A stretch of DNA of 64,000 bases from Syntrophales bacterium (GCA_963666365.2 CAXXNF010000001.1:1440001-1504000); one strand, 5' to 3'. Positions 29,748 through 40,030 are shown, counted from the first letter of the stretch. Notes: generated by a model from the letters alone, not told the origin. Numbers and translations: made by a program.

Positions 29748-31628
29748 ATGAACCGGTTACGGTATGGTGTGTGGTTGTCCATAGTCGCGATAGTTGCAGT
29801 TTTCGCGCCCTCATGCGGAGGGGCGGAGGAGACGGCATTGAAGGAAGTGGTGGTCTCGGCCACCCGGATCGAGACGCCGGCGGAGGAAATAGGAAGTTCG
29901 ATTACCGTGATTACCGCGGAGGATATTGAGGCAAAGGGCTGCACGACCGTTGCAGAGGTGCTCAGGGGTGCGGCCGGTGTCGATGTGGCGGTTGCCGGCG
30001 GTCCCGGTCAGGAGAGTTCCCTTTTTCTCCGAGGCGCCGAGTCATATCAAACCCTGGTGTTGATCGACGGACTCGAGCTGAATGATCCCTCCGGCAGGAA
30101 TCGGGGCGTAAATTTTGCCAACCTTACCGTCGATAACATAGCGCGGATTGAAATACTGCGTGGTCCCCAGGGTCCGCTTTACGGGGCAGATGCCATGGGC
30201 GGGGTCATAAATATTATTACGAAAAAGGGGGAAGGCCGCCCCCGCTTTTTCATCGAGGGCGAGGGGGGGTCCTATGGAACCTGGAGAGAATCGGCAGGCG
30301 CGAATATGGGCAGCCAGCGATTCAACGCATCGATCGAGGCCTCTCATAGGAGCACCCGGGGGTTTTCCTCCGCCGACGACAGCCTGCCCGGAAACAGCGA
30401 GAAAGATAAATGGGAAAACACGAGCGCCTCGGCGCGCCTCGGGGTCGTCTTTTCCGAGAACGTCAAACTCGATTTCTCCGGCCGCTATCAGGATGGTCGC
30501 ACCCATCTGGATCAGGGGGGCGGCCCCAACCAGGACGCCCTTGAGTACCTGCTCGATGAACGCACGATGCTTGGCCGGGTGAAGGCCGATATACGCGCTC
30601 TTGACGGGCTCTGGGAGCAGACCCTTGCCTTCGGCATGGCCGACCATAAAAGGGCTTACAAGGATGATCCCTGGTCGGGGGACTATCGCTACGACGGGAA
30701 AAAAGAAGAACTGTCCTGGCAGCACAATCTTTACATCCACGATGCGCACACCCTGACCGTGGGATTGGAATATGAGAAGGAAGGGCTGGACGATCAACAG
30801 GCCCTGGATGTGACGGCCGATACGAAAAGTGTCTTTCTGCAGGATCAGATCACAGTGAAAGAGATATCATTTACCACCCTGGGCGTCCGGTATGATGAGC
30901 ACGAGAATTTCGGCGGGGAAGCCACCTTTCGTGTGACCCAGGCCGTTCTTCTCAGAGAATGGGATACAAAAATAAAAGGATCCTGCGGCACCGGATTTCG
31001 TGCGCCCAGCCTGAACGAACTGCATTACGTCAATCCCTGGGGTGGACCCGGTGGGAATCCCCACCTCAACCCCGAAGAGAGTACGGGATGGGACGTGGGA
31101 ATTGAGCAGTCGTTCCTCGCAGGGAACGTCACCATGGGACTCACCTATTTTCACAACAATTTTAAAAATCTCATCGAGTGGAACAACGGGTATGAAAACA
31201 CGGAAACTGCAAAAACACAGGGGGTTGAGTCGTTTCTTCACATAACCCCTCGACAGGACCTGTCGTTCACGCTGACCTATACCTATACGGATACGAAGGA
31301 CAAGGAGGGGGCACAATTGCGGCGCCGGCCTTTACATAAGGCTTCTCTGAACGCGGGATGGCACTTCCTCAATCGAGGGAAGCTGAATGTCGGCGTGCAG
31401 TATGCAGGTGCACGGGACGACAGCTACTGGAATGCCATGACGTTCACGACGGACGACGTTGTACTTGATGACTATATCATGGTACATTGTGCAGGATCAT
31501 ACGATATTTCAGATCGCCTTACATTGTTCGCCCGTGTTGAAAATTGTTTCGATGAAAAGTACTATGATGCGTACGGCTACGGGACGCCCGGATTTTCGCT
31601 CTACGGGGGTCTTAAGGTTTCCTTCTAA
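29748..31628 (+). CDS. btuB: TonB-dependent cobalamin receptor
   Basis: Signal peptide, EVVVSATR, plug motifs (LVLIDG, RIEILRGPQGPLYGADAMGGVINIIT), GFRAPS, C-terminal Phe; riboswitch upstream. Confidence 0.9.
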   Translation: MNRLRYGVWLSIVAIVAVFAPSCGGAEETALKEVVVSATRIETPAEEIGSSITVITAEDIEAKGCTTVAEVLRGAAGVDVAVAGGPGQESSLFLRGAESYQTLVLIDGLELNDPSGRNRGVNFANLTVDNIARIEILRGPQGPLYGADAMGGVINIITKKGEGRPRFFIEGEGGSYGTWRESAGANMGSQRFNASIEASHRSTRGFSSADDSLPGNSEKDKWENTSASARLGVVFSENVKLDFSGRYQDGRTHLDQGGGPNQDALEYLLDERTMLGRVKADIRALDGLWEQTLAFGMADHKRAYKDDPWSGDYRYDGKKEELSWQHNLYIHDAHTLTVGLEYEKEGLDDQQALDVTADTKSVFLQDQITVKEISFTTLGVRYDEHENFGGEATFRVTQAVLLREWDTKIKGSCGTGFRAPSLNELHYVNPWGGPGGNPHLNPEESTGWDVGIEQSFLAGNVTMGLTYFHNNFKNLIEWNNGYENTETAKTQGVESFLHITPRQDLSFTLTYTYTDTKDKEGAQLRRRPLHKASLNAGWHFLNRGKLNVGVQYAGARDDSYWNAMTFTTDDVVLDDYIMVHCAGSYDISDRLTLFARVENCFDEKYYDAYGYGTPGFSLYGGLKVSF

Positions 31629-31638
31629 AGAGCGTTTA

Positions 31639-32075
31639 TTTGGTCCTTCTGGTCTATCTGGTCCTTTTGGTCTATCTGGTTCATTGGGTCTGTTTGGTTC
31701 ATTTGGTCGAATGGGGGGGGTTTTGGTTCTCAACGCAATTAACCATTTAGGGGTTTTCTCAGCGATCTCAGCGCCCCTGCGGGGGAACAAAAAAGAAAAA
31801 GCATTTCGCGCAGAGCCGCCGAGGCGCAGAGGAAGAGAGAAAAGAAAAATATAAATAGGTTTTCTCAGCGGTCCCTGCGCCTCTGCGGGAGGAAAAAAAG
31901 GTAAAAGAAAGAGACGCAAGATCGCGCAGGGGCATAGAAAACAAGAGAGACCAAGGAAAATATCTAAAGGTTTTCTCAGCGACCACAGCGTCCCTGCGGG
32001 GGAACAAAAAACAATCTCGCGCAGAGACGCAGGGATGCAGAGGATAAACGATTTTTTAAGCATCTTGGCGGGAGG
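31639..32075 (-). repeat. Nonamer array (TGGTCYWTY) plus mosaic hairpin array B
   Basis: 9-mer run 31639-31709, short linker, then reverse-complement CGCAG/CTGCG modules. Confidence 0.9.
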
Positions 32076-32109
32076 AAAACAGAAAATAGTTTTATTTGGG
32101 GAGATTGAA

Positions 32110-32628
32110 ATGAAGAAGGGTTATGTGCAGGTCTATACGGGAAACGGCAAGGGCAAAACAACGGCGGCGCTGGGACTCGCCCTCCGTGCCGCCGGGGCCG
32201 GCTTGAAGGTATACTTTGCCCAGTTCATCAAGGGATCTCGCTACAGTGAGATCAAGGCGCTTGAAATGCTTTCCGAGTATGTGACGCTCAGGCAGTACGG
32301 CCGCGGCGGCTATATACGCGGGACGCCGCAGGATGAGGACATTCGACTGGCCCGTGAAGGTCTGAGAGAAAGCAGAGAAATAGTGCAACGCGGACACTAT
32401 GACGTTGTCATTCTTGATGAAGTCAATGTGGCCGTCCATCTGGGCCTGCTTACGGCAGAGGAGGTGCTCGAGGTTGTCGAGGCAAAGCCGGAGACGGTCG
32501 AACTGGTGCTGACCGGCCGGGACGCCGATCCGCGGATTGTGGAGAGGGCCGATCTGGTAACGGAGATGATCGAAATCAAGCACTATTTCAATCAAGGTGT
32601 GCAGGCACGAAGGGGCATTGAACAGTAA
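32110..32628 (+). CDS. cobO: Cob(I)yrinic acid a,c-diamide / cob(I)alamin adenosyltransferase (CobO/BtuR)
   Basis: VQVYTGNGKGKTTAALG, QFIKG, ILDEV, ELVLTGR, ADLVTEM, RRGIE. Confidence 0.95.
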   Translation: MKKGYVQVYTGNGKGKTTAALGLALRAAGAGLKVYFAQFIKGSRYSEIKALEMLSEYVTLRQYGRGGYIRGTPQDEDIRLAREGLRESREIVQRGHYDVVILDEVNVAVHLGLLTAEEVLEVVEAKPETVELVLTGRDADPRIVERADLVTEMIEIKHYFNQGVQARRGIEQ

Positions 32629-33532
32629 TTTGGTCCTTCTGGTCTATTCGGTCCTTTGGGTCTATTCGGTCCTTTTGGTCTATTTGGTTCATTTGGTCGA
32701 ATGGGAGTTTGGTTCGCAACGCAATTTACCATTTTGGGAGAGGGTTGTCTCGACGACCACAGCGTCCTTGCGGGAGAACAAAAAAGAAAAAGCATTTCGC
32801 GCAGAGCCGCCGAGGCGCAGAGGAAGAGAGAAAAGAAAAATATAAATAGGTTTTCTCAGCGTTCCTGCGCCTCTGCGGGAGGAAAAGAAGGTAAAAGAAA
32901 GAGACGCAAGATCGCGCAGGGGCATAGAAAACAAGATAGACCAAGGAAAATATCTAAAAGTTGTCTCGACGACCACAGCGTCCCTGCGGGAGAACAAAAA
33001 AGAAAAAGCATTTCGCGCAGAGCCGCCGAGGCGCAGAGGAAGAGAGAAAAGAAGCATATAAAAAGGGTTTTCTCAGCGTCCCTGCGCCTCTGCGGGAGGA
33101 AAAGAAGGTAAAAGAAAGAGACGCAAGATCGCGCAGGGGCATAGAAAACAAGAGAGACCAAGGAAAATATCTAAAGGTTTTCTCGACGACCACAGCGTCC
33201 CTGCGGGAGAACAAAAAAGAAAAAGCATTTCACGCAGAGCCGCCGAGGCGCAGAGGAAGAGAGAAAAGAAAAATATAAATAGGTTTTCTCGGCGTTCTCC
33301 GCGCCACTGCGGGAGGAAAAGGAGGTAAAAGAAAGAGACGCAAGATCGCGCAGGGGCATAGAAAACAAGATAGACCAAGGAAAATATCTAAAGGTTGTCT
33401 CAACGACCACAGCGTCCCTGCGGGAGAACAAAAAAGAAAAAGCATTTCGCGCAGAGCCGCCGAGGCGCAGAGGAAGAGAGAAAAGAAAAATATAAATAGG
33501 TTTTCTCAGCGTTCCTGCGCCTCTGCGGGAGA
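32629..33532 (-). repeat. Nonamer array plus mosaic hairpin array C (about 3.6 tandem units of 216-217 bp)
   Basis: gaccacagcgtcc recurs at 32755, 32971, 33188, 33405. Confidence 0.95.
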
Positions 33533-33563
33533 AGAAAAAGGCAATAATAAAGGGGCATTCCAA

Positions 33564-34511
33564 GTGGAAAATAAAGAAGATGACATTTTGTATGAGGTAA
33601 GGGACCGATTCTCCGAGGCGGTGAGGAGAACCCATGCCCAGGGCATCCTCTTTTCCGGGGGGCTCGATTCCGCCCTGGTAGCGGCCTATGCACGGGATGC
33701 AGTTGCCCTTTCCGTGGGGCTCCTCCCGGGCAGTGACGATGAGCCCTATGCCGAGGCCGTGGCAACGCATCTTGGTCTCGATCACCGCCCTGTGCGGATA
33801 ACGCCTGATGAGGCGCTGGAAGCGATTCCCGCCGTTGTCACGGCGCTGCGAAGCTTTGACCCGGCCATCCCCAATGATGTGACGATCTATCTCGGTCTTT
33901 CCCATGCAAAGGAGAGGGGTATGGCGAGTGTGATGACCGGTGACGGCAGTGACGAGGTTTTTGCCGGCTATTCCTTCATGCGGGAAATGGACGACCTTGA
34001 ATCGTATATGGACAGAATGCATTCGTCCATGAGGTTCAGCGCCTCTATACTCGGGGCGGCTCTGGGCATCGATGTGCGGCAGCCCTTTCTGGACGAAGCA
34101 TTTTTTACCTTTGCAAAAACGCTTGATCTTTCCTGGAAGATAGGCAAAGAAAATGGCACTGTCCGGGGAAAGCTTATTCTCCGCAGGGCCTTTGAGGGGG
34201 TGCTCCCGCCGGCAATACTATGGCAGCGCAAGCGGTCTCTGGAGTATGGATCGGGCATGACACGTCTGAGAGGGATTATTGAATCGATGATCGCCGACAG
34301 TGAATACGAGAAGGCACAGGAAAAATATTCCATCCGGTTTCGCAGCAAGGAGCATTTTTACTATTATCGTATCTACCGGGATGTGGTTGGTGAGATTCCC
34401 GCGCCTGAAACGGGGCAGAAGCGCTGCGCAGGATGCGGCGGCGGCATGAGCCCCGACGCCTTTCACTGCAGCATATGCGGCAATGTAGAGAACTGGAGGA
34501 CAGGGGCATGA
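33564..34511 (+). CDS. Asparagine-synthase-like PP-loop ATP pyrophosphatase without glutaminase domain, with C-terminal Zn ribbon
   Basis: ILFSGGLDS, MTGDGSDEVFAGY, RQPFLD, GKLILRRAF, CAGC...CSIC. Confidence 0.85.
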   Translation: MENKEDDILYEVRDRFSEAVRRTHAQGILFSGGLDSALVAAYARDAVALSVGLLPGSDDEPYAEAVATHLGLDHRPVRITPDEALEAIPAVVTALRSFDPAIPNDVTIYLGLSHAKERGMASVMTGDGSDEVFAGYSFMREMDDLESYMDRMHSSMRFSASILGAALGIDVRQPFLDEAFFTFAKTLDLSWKIGKENGTVRGKLILRRAFEGVLPPAILWQRKRSLEYGSGMTRLRGIIESMIADSEYEKAQEKYSIRFRSKEHFYYYRIYRDVVGEIPAPETGQKRCAGCGGGMSPDAFHCSICGNVENWRTGA

Positions 34512-34624
34512 GCGGTTTCGTATTCTGGAGCGGCGGAAAAAGCGCGGCGCCGGCCTGCGGGGGTGTGGAGGGCTATCGCCCGTCCTGCCTTTTCATAATG
34601 GCCCGGAAGGAAGAGGGACTGTGA
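34508..34624 (+). pseudogene. 38-codon remnant resembling the N-terminus of a DUF71/diphthine-ammonia-ligase-like ATPase
   Basis: MSGFVFWSGGKS...GYRPSCLFIM resembles the SWSGGKDS...CLLNM start of COG2102; ATGA and GTGA overlaps with both neighbours. Confidence 0.55.
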
Positions 34625-35136
34625 TTATTTTTGTGACCGGCGGCGCCCGGAGCGGTAAAAGCGATTTTGCGCAGGATCTGGCTGAGAAGAGGAGCGGGAG
34701 GCGCCTCTTCGTGGCGACGGCGGAGGCCTTTGATGACGAGATGCGCGCCCGCATTTTGAACCATAAAAAGCGGCGGGGAGATCGCTGGGATACGGTGGAG
34801 GAGGCGATTCATCTCGGAAAGGTAATGAAAACGTCGGCCCAAGGCTACGACACTGTGTGTATCGATTGTTGCACCCTCTGGATGTCGAACCTTATGGGCG
34901 CCTACCCTCAGGAAACTGAAAGGGCGGAAACTGTAATTGACGAATTCTTCGCTGGTCTCGAGGGATTCAAAGGCACTCTTATTGTGATATCAAACGAAGT
35001 CGGCCTGGGGATCGTGCCGGAAAACGCGCTTGCGCGGGAATACCGGGATCGACTGGGATTTCTGAACCAGCGCATGGCCAGAAGGGCGGACAGGGTCTAT
35101 TTCATGATTGCGGGGATGCCGCTGGCAGTGAAATAA
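34621..35136 (+). CDS. cobU: Adenosylcobinamide kinase/adenosylcobinamide-phosphate guanylyltransferase
   Basis: VTGGARSGKS, DDEMRARI, IDCCTLW, SNEVGLGIVP. Confidence 0.95.
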   Translation: MIIFVTGGARSGKSDFAQDLAEKRSGRRLFVATAEAFDDEMRARILNHKKRRGDRWDTVEEAIHLGKVMKTSAQGYDTVCIDCCTLWMSNLMGAYPQETERAETVIDEFFAGLEGFKGTLIVISNEVGLGIVPENALAREYRDRLGFLNQRMARRADRVYFMIAGMPLAVK

Positions 35137-35161
35137 ACAGAGGATTGTCTGGTCTGTTTGA

Positions 35162-35193
35162 CCCCGGTGAAATAGGCTTCGCATTTCACGGGG
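35162..35193 (-). repeat. REP-like palindrome copy 2
   Basis: ccccggtgaaataggcttcgcatttcacgggg flanked by tctggtctgtt / aaatctgtctggt. Confidence 0.9.
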
Positions 35194-35247
35194 TAAATCT
35201 GTCTGGTTCGTTTGAAGTTGTTACTATACACTGTGGGTGAAGTGGGT

Positions 35248-36312
35248 ATGATGCAAGAATTGGAAAAAGTACTTAAATCTATCGAGCCGTTGGACAGCGA
35301 ATGGCTCACGAGGGCGCAGGGCAGGCTGGATTCGCTTACAAAACCGCCGGGAAGTCTGGGAAAACTGGAGACCATCGCCCGTCGCTATGCGGCAATCAAG
35401 AAGGATTTGAAACCCTCTACGGGAAGGAAAATGATCGTGACCTTCGCCGGCGACCATGGTGTGGTGGTTGAAGGGGTAAGTGCCTTTCCTCAGGCGGTGA
35501 CGGTGCAGATGGTGCGAAATATGCTTGAGGGCGGGGCCGCCGTGAATGTGCTTGCCCGTCATGCCGGTGCGGAAGTGACCGTGGTTGATATAGGCGTAAA
35601 CTATGATTTCGATCCGACCGAAGGGGTGTGTATCAGGAAGATCGGCTACGGGACACGGAATTGCGCCCTCGAACCGGCCATGACCCGAGATGAAGCCCTT
35701 CGGGCCCTTATGACGGGCATCGAGCTGGCAAAGAATCTGGCACGGGAAGGATACGACATGCTCGGAACCGGTGAAATGGGAATCGGAAATACAACTCCTT
35801 CCAGTGCCCTGTTTGCCGTGATGGCGGGGTTGCATCCCCGGGAGGTGACGGGAAGGGGGACCGGTGTTGATGACGAGGCGCTGAAAAAAAAGATTGCCGT
35901 GATTGAAAAGGCGATAGCCCTGAACCGGCCCGATCCGACGGACCCTCTGGATGTGCTGGCCAAGGTGGGGGGCTATGAAATAGCCGGGATCGCCGGGCTG
36001 ATCATCGGGGGGGCCGCCTCGCGACTGCCCGTGGTGGTCGATGGATTTATCTCCACTGCCGGTGCATTGATCGCCCTGGCGCTGAATGCCGTCATCGACG
36101 ACTATGTGTTTTACTCCCACCTGTCGGCGGAGGCGGGGCATAGACGCATGCTTGACTATCTGCATCAGGCGCCGATCATGAACCTCGACATGCGACTGGG
36201 GGAGGGAACAGGGGCCGCGGTGGCCATGACGGTTATCGAAGCCGCCATATCCGTCATGAAGGATATGGCAACCTTTGAATCGGCAGGTGTCGAGGGAAGG
36301 CCTACGCGGTGA
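35248..36312 (+). CDS. cobT: Nicotinate-nucleotide--dimethylbenzimidazole phosphoribosyltransferase
   Basis: LTKPPGSLGKLE, FAGDHG, GEMGIGNTT, VDGFIS, LDMRLGEGTGA. Confidence 0.96.
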   Translation: MMQELEKVLKSIEPLDSEWLTRAQGRLDSLTKPPGSLGKLETIARRYAAIKKDLKPSTGRKMIVTFAGDHGVVVEGVSAFPQAVTVQMVRNMLEGGAAVNVLARHAGAEVTVVDIGVNYDFDPTEGVCIRKIGYGTRNCALEPAMTRDEALRALMTGIELAKNLAREGYDMLGTGEMGIGNTTPSSALFAVMAGLHPREVTGRGTGVDDEALKKKIAVIEKAIALNRPDPTDPLDVLAKVGGYEIAGIAGLIIGGAASRLPVVVDGFISTAGALIALALNAVIDDYVFYSHLSAEAGHRRMLDYLHQAPIMNLDMRLGEGTGAAVAMTVIEAAISVMKDMATFESAGVEGRPTR

Positions 36313-37049
36313 GGGGACTGATAACGGCACTGCAGTTTTTGACGATCATTCCGCTTTCCCGGAAGAGAGAGTGTTCCCGGGAGGAACTGGCGCGATCCAT
36401 GGCCCTGTATCCCCTGGCGGGTCTTATTATCGGGATGTGTCTAGCGGCGGTTCATTGTATCTGCCGTCTCGTATTTCCTCCCCTGGTGACCGATGTGATG
36501 ATCATCGGGGCGCTGGTCGTGATAACGGGGGCGCTTCATCTCGACGGGTTCGCCGACACGGTGGACGGACTGGCCGGCGGCGGTGACCGGACCCGGGTGC
36601 TTGCCATCATGAAGGACAGTAAGATCGGGTCCTTCGCTGTGGCGGGGATCTGTCTTCTTATGGTTCTGAAAATTTGTGCGCTCGGCGCCGTTCCCGAGGC
36701 GGTAAAGATAGAGGCCCTTATTGTGATGCCGGTGGTGTCGCGATGGTCACTGGTGCTGCTTGCAGCCTCTTTCCCTTACGCCAGAGACGAAGGGGGCACG
36801 GGGGCGCTCTTTGTCAGTCGTGTCGGAGGTTTTGAAATGGCGGTATCATCCATAATTGTACTGGTGATCGTGGCGGGATGTTTCCTTTTAAAAGGAATGG
36901 TGATATGGGTGGCCGCAGCCGCAATAACCGGCGCCCTGGGGTTGTGGTTCCGAAGGCGGATCGGCGGGATTACGGGGGATATTATGGGCGCCGTCAACGA
37001 GGTGAATGAAGTGGCGGTGCTTCTCGCCGTGGCGGCGATTTTGCCATGA
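36309..37049 (+). CDS. cobS: Adenosylcobinamide-GDP ribazoletransferase (cobalamin synthase)
   Basis: FLTIIP, TGALHLDGFADTVDG, IMKDSKIG, GGITGDIMGA. Confidence 0.95.
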   Translation: MRGLITALQFLTIIPLSRKRECSREELARSMALYPLAGLIIGMCLAAVHCICRLVFPPLVTDVMIIGALVVITGALHLDGFADTVDGLAGGGDRTRVLAIMKDSKIGSFAVAGICLLMVLKICALGAVPEAVKIEALIVMPVVSRWSLVLLAASFPYARDEGGTGALFVSRVGGFEMAVSSIIVLVIVAGCFLLKGMVIWVAAAAITGALGLWFRRRIGGITGDIMGAVNEVNEVAVLLAVAAILP

Positions 37050-37156
37050 GAGCGCCCGCTGCCGTCACCAGGGCATTGTGGGGGATGCGGCAAAAAGATG
37101 GAATCCTTTTTAAACGATCTGTGCACATTATTCCGCGGGACCGCGATGGTAAAAAT

Positions 37157-38071
37157 ATGAGCATTGTGCCTTACAACAGAATGGGCGGCATCCTGTGCAT
37201 GCTGATAGTGTGGTGTCTCTCGACAAATCCGGCCTGTTCGGCAACGATCACCGATGAAATGGGGAGGGAACTGACCCTTTCGTCCCTTCCCGTGCGGATT
37301 GTCTCACTGGCGCCGAGCATTACGGAGACGCTCTTTGCCCTGGGACTCGATCGCGAAATCGTCGGGGTGACCCGTTTCAGCAATTATCCCGAGGCGGTAC
37401 GGTCAAAACCGAAAGTGGGCAGCTTTATAGGCCTTTCTCTTGAGAAGATTGTCGCCCTGAGGCCCGACCTGGTGATCGGTACCGCCGACGGAAACAAGCG
37501 GGAAACGATCGATCAGCTTGCGCAGATCGGCATTCCTGTATATATTACCAATCCTACCACCCTGGAGGGTATCTTCGAAACAATTGCCGGCCTTGGCGCC
37601 ATCACGGGACGGTCCGATGAAGCCCGCGCCGTGGTGAGAGAGCTTCGGCGCCGGGTGGAGAAGGTCGGTAATGCGGCAGGAAAACGCGCCCATCGGCGGG
37701 TCTTTTTTCAAATCGGCATACATCCCATTGTGTCGGTGGGGCGCGGAACACTGCACGACAGATTGATCACGCTTGCCGGCGGGATCAATGTGGCTGGAAA
37801 TATCGACGTTACCTACCCGAGGATGAGCATTGAACAGATAATCGCCGCCATGCCCGACATCATCATTGTTTCGTCGATGAAAAGGGGGGGCGATTTTAAT
37901 GAGGTCGGCAGGACCTGGGAGCGATGGAAAGAGATCCCTGCGGTAAAGAACAATAAAGTATTTACCATCGACAGTGATATTGTCGATCACCATTCGCCGC
38001 GCATTGTTGACGGCCTGGAGGCCCTTGCAGCGCTGATTCATCCGGAGTGCGCCGCTGCCGGGGGGAAATGA
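37157..38071 (+). CDS. btuF: Cobalamin-binding periplasmic protein (start uncertain)
   Basis: RIVSLAPSITETLFALG, EKIVALRPDL, AGGIN, SPRIVDGLE. Confidence 0.88.
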   Translation: MSIVPYNRMGGILCMLIVWCLSTNPACSATITDEMGRELTLSSLPVRIVSLAPSITETLFALGLDREIVGVTRFSNYPEAVRSKPKVGSFIGLSLEKIVALRPDLVIGTADGNKRETIDQLAQIGIPVYITNPTTLEGIFETIAGLGAITGRSDEARAVVRELRRRVEKVGNAAGKRAHRRVFFQIGIHPIVSVGRGTLHDRLITLAGGINVAGNIDVTYPRMSIEQIIAAMPDIIIVSSMKRGGDFNEVGRTWERWKEIPAVKNNKVFTIDSDIVDHHSPRIVDGLEALAALIHPECAAAGGK

Positions 38072-38089
38072 CGGTCTGGTCCATTTGGT

Positions 38090-38119
38090 CCCGGTGAAAT
38101 AGGCTTGCATTTCACGGGG
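38090..38119 (-). repeat. REP-like palindrome copy 3
   Basis: cccggtgaaataggcttgcatttcacgggg. Confidence 0.9.
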
Positions 38120-38220
38120 TAAATCTGTGTGGTCGAATGAGGGAGAACAAGTAAATTCCCTGGGAGTCGAAAGATCAGGCTCATTGCAGATTTTTCCGGG
38201 TGTGAAAGGAAGAAAAAACC

Positions 38221-38841
38221 ATGCTGGAGTACTTTTATCAGGGAGGGCCGGTTATGTACCCCCTGCTCTTCTGTTCCATCCTTTCCCTTACCATCGTTAT
38301 CGAACGGGGAATGTTCTGGATCAGAGAGAGAAAAAGGCGGGATCGGCGACGCCTGGATCTCATGATGGATCTTTTTGAAAAAAAAGATCTCGAGGGGGCA
38401 AAAAAGGTTGCTGCGAACACGGCGGATTTCGTAATCCGGGTGCTGGTATGCGGCATTGTGCACCGGGAGTTTTCCCTTCGCGACGCCCTCAGGATGGCTG
38501 CCGACGAGGAGATAAGCCGCATGCGCCGCTATCTGCCGATTCTGGATACGATGATTACCCTGGCGCCCCTGCTGGGCATTCTCGGAACGGTCACCGGCAT
38601 TATCTTTTCCTTTAATATGCTGGGAGTCGTGGGGGTGGAAGATCCCCGTGCGATTACGGCAGGCATTGCCCAGGCCCTTATTACTACGGCCTTTGGACTG
38701 GCCGTGGCCATTTTGAGCCTGATTCCTTACAACTATTTTATAAGCCGGGTGGAAAAGGCGGCCCTTGAAATTGAACAATACGCCACCAGTCTGGAAATTC
38801 TTGTTGAAAAAAACAAAAACGCTTCGGAGTTCCTCTCATGA
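38221..38841 (+). CDS. exbB: MotA/TolQ/ExbB proton channel protein
   Basis: GGPVMYPL, APLLGILGTVTGII, GIAQALITTAFGL. Confidence 0.9.
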   Translation: MLEYFYQGGPVMYPLLFCSILSLTIVIERGMFWIRERKRRDRRRLDLMMDLFEKKDLEGAKKVAANTADFVIRVLVCGIVHREFSLRDALRMAADEEISRMRRYLPILDTMITLAPLLGILGTVTGIIFSFNMLGVVGVEDPRAITAGIAQALITTAFGLAVAILSLIPYNYFISRVEKAALEIEQYATSLEILVEKNKNASEFLS

Positions 38842-39239
38842 AGCTGGATACACACTATATGAAAAAGGCGCGCATCGAAATGATTCCCCTTATCGATGTC
38901 ATTTTTCTTCTCCTCGTAACCTTTATTCTCTTTACCATGTCTATGACGGTGCACCGGGGCGTGCCGGTTGCGCTTCCCACGGCTTCGACAGGAACGATTG
39001 AGAAAAAAAATGTGATTGATATCTCGGTCCGCCAGGACGGCAGCATCTTTATAGAGGGGGAGAAGATTCTTATTCCCCGGCTGGCGGTCAGGATTGCGGC
39101 ACTGCACCGGACCGCGCCGGAAAAGATTGTCTTGATTTCGGGGGACAGGAAAACCTCCTACGAAGTGATGGTTGCCGTGATGGATGCGGTGAGAAAGGCG
39201 GGCATCGCCGAAGTGTCTCTGGAGACGGTGTGGAAGTAA
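38838..39239 (+). CDS. exbD: ExbD/TolR protein
   Basis: IEMIPLIDVIFLLL, ISGDR. Confidence 0.9.
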   Translation: MKLDTHYMKKARIEMIPLIDVIFLLLVTFILFTMSMTVHRGVPVALPTASTGTIEKKNVIDISVRQDGSIFIEGEKILIPRLAVRIAALHRTAPEKIVLISGDRKTSYEVMVAVMDAVRKAGIAEVSLETVWK

Positions 39240-40030
39240 CGCGTGTATCTGATCTGTGCGTAGCGGTACTGTGTGCCCTGGCGATTCACGGGGGTATTGC
39301 CGCGATGCGAGTTTCTTTTCCCTCTGTTATGCCGGAGGCGGGGCCTGCCGTTAAGAGACCCCTGAACGTGCGGCTTGATGCCGCCATGATCGAGGTGCCT
39401 GAGGAGGAACAGGCGATGCCTCCCGAGGAAAGGATTGTTCCGGTCGTTGAGAGACGGGAAAATATTGAGAAACAGACGCCGGCCCTGCCGGATGTCGCCG
39501 TCCCGATGGATCGGAAAGAGATGGTAAAAGAGGAGGCAGCCCCCATAGCGCAGTCTCCCGCAGTTGATGAGGGAAGGGTGAAAAAACCCGCCGAGAGGGC
39601 GATCACAGAATCATCGGAAAAGGCTCAGCCGACCACAGAGGTAAAAAAGAAACGCCCCGTCGCATCCTCCGAAAAGCATCCAAGTCAGGTTACGGCAGAA
39701 CCTGTCCCACCGCAGAAGGTGTTGACCGCAAAGAGCCCCGCCCGTCCCGATGTGGTGGCCGCCGTTCCCCGATACCGGGACAATCCGCCCCCCCTCTATC
39801 CTTCCGTTGCACGACGGAGGGGATACGAGGGTCTGGTGATACTCTCCGTGGTGGTGCGTAGCGATGGCACGGTAGGCGATGTCCGGGTGAAAGAATCATC
39901 GGGAAAGAAAATACTTGATCGCGCCGCGGTCAGCGGTGTACGGGCATGGCGTTTCGAGCCGGGTTCACGTGATGGAGTGGTGTGCGAAATGACTGTTGAC
40001 GTGCCGATCCGTTTCGTCTTACAAGAATAG
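39230..40030 (+). CDS. tonB: TonB energy transducer
   Basis: N-terminal TM with His, Pro/Glu/Lys linker, PLYPSVARRRGYEG, SSG...LDRAA. Confidence 0.9.
   Translation: MEVTRVSDLCVAVLCALAIHGGIAAMRVSFPSVMPEAGPAVKRPLNVRLDAAMIEVPEEEQAMPPEERIVPVVERRENIEKQTPALPDVAVPMDRKEMVKEEAAPIAQSPAVDEGRVKKPAERAITESSEKAQPTTEVKKKRPVASSEKHPSQVTAEPVPPQKVLTAKSPARPDVVAAVPRYRDNPPPLYPSVARRRGYEGLVILSVVVRSDGTVGDVRVKESSGKKILDRAAVSGVRAWRFEPGSRDGVVCEMTVDVPIRFVLQE

Noticed and set aside
32743..33532. Possible CRISPR array
   Set aside because: Units are about 217 bp and the intervening segments are themselves repeated, not unique spacers; no cas genes in the window
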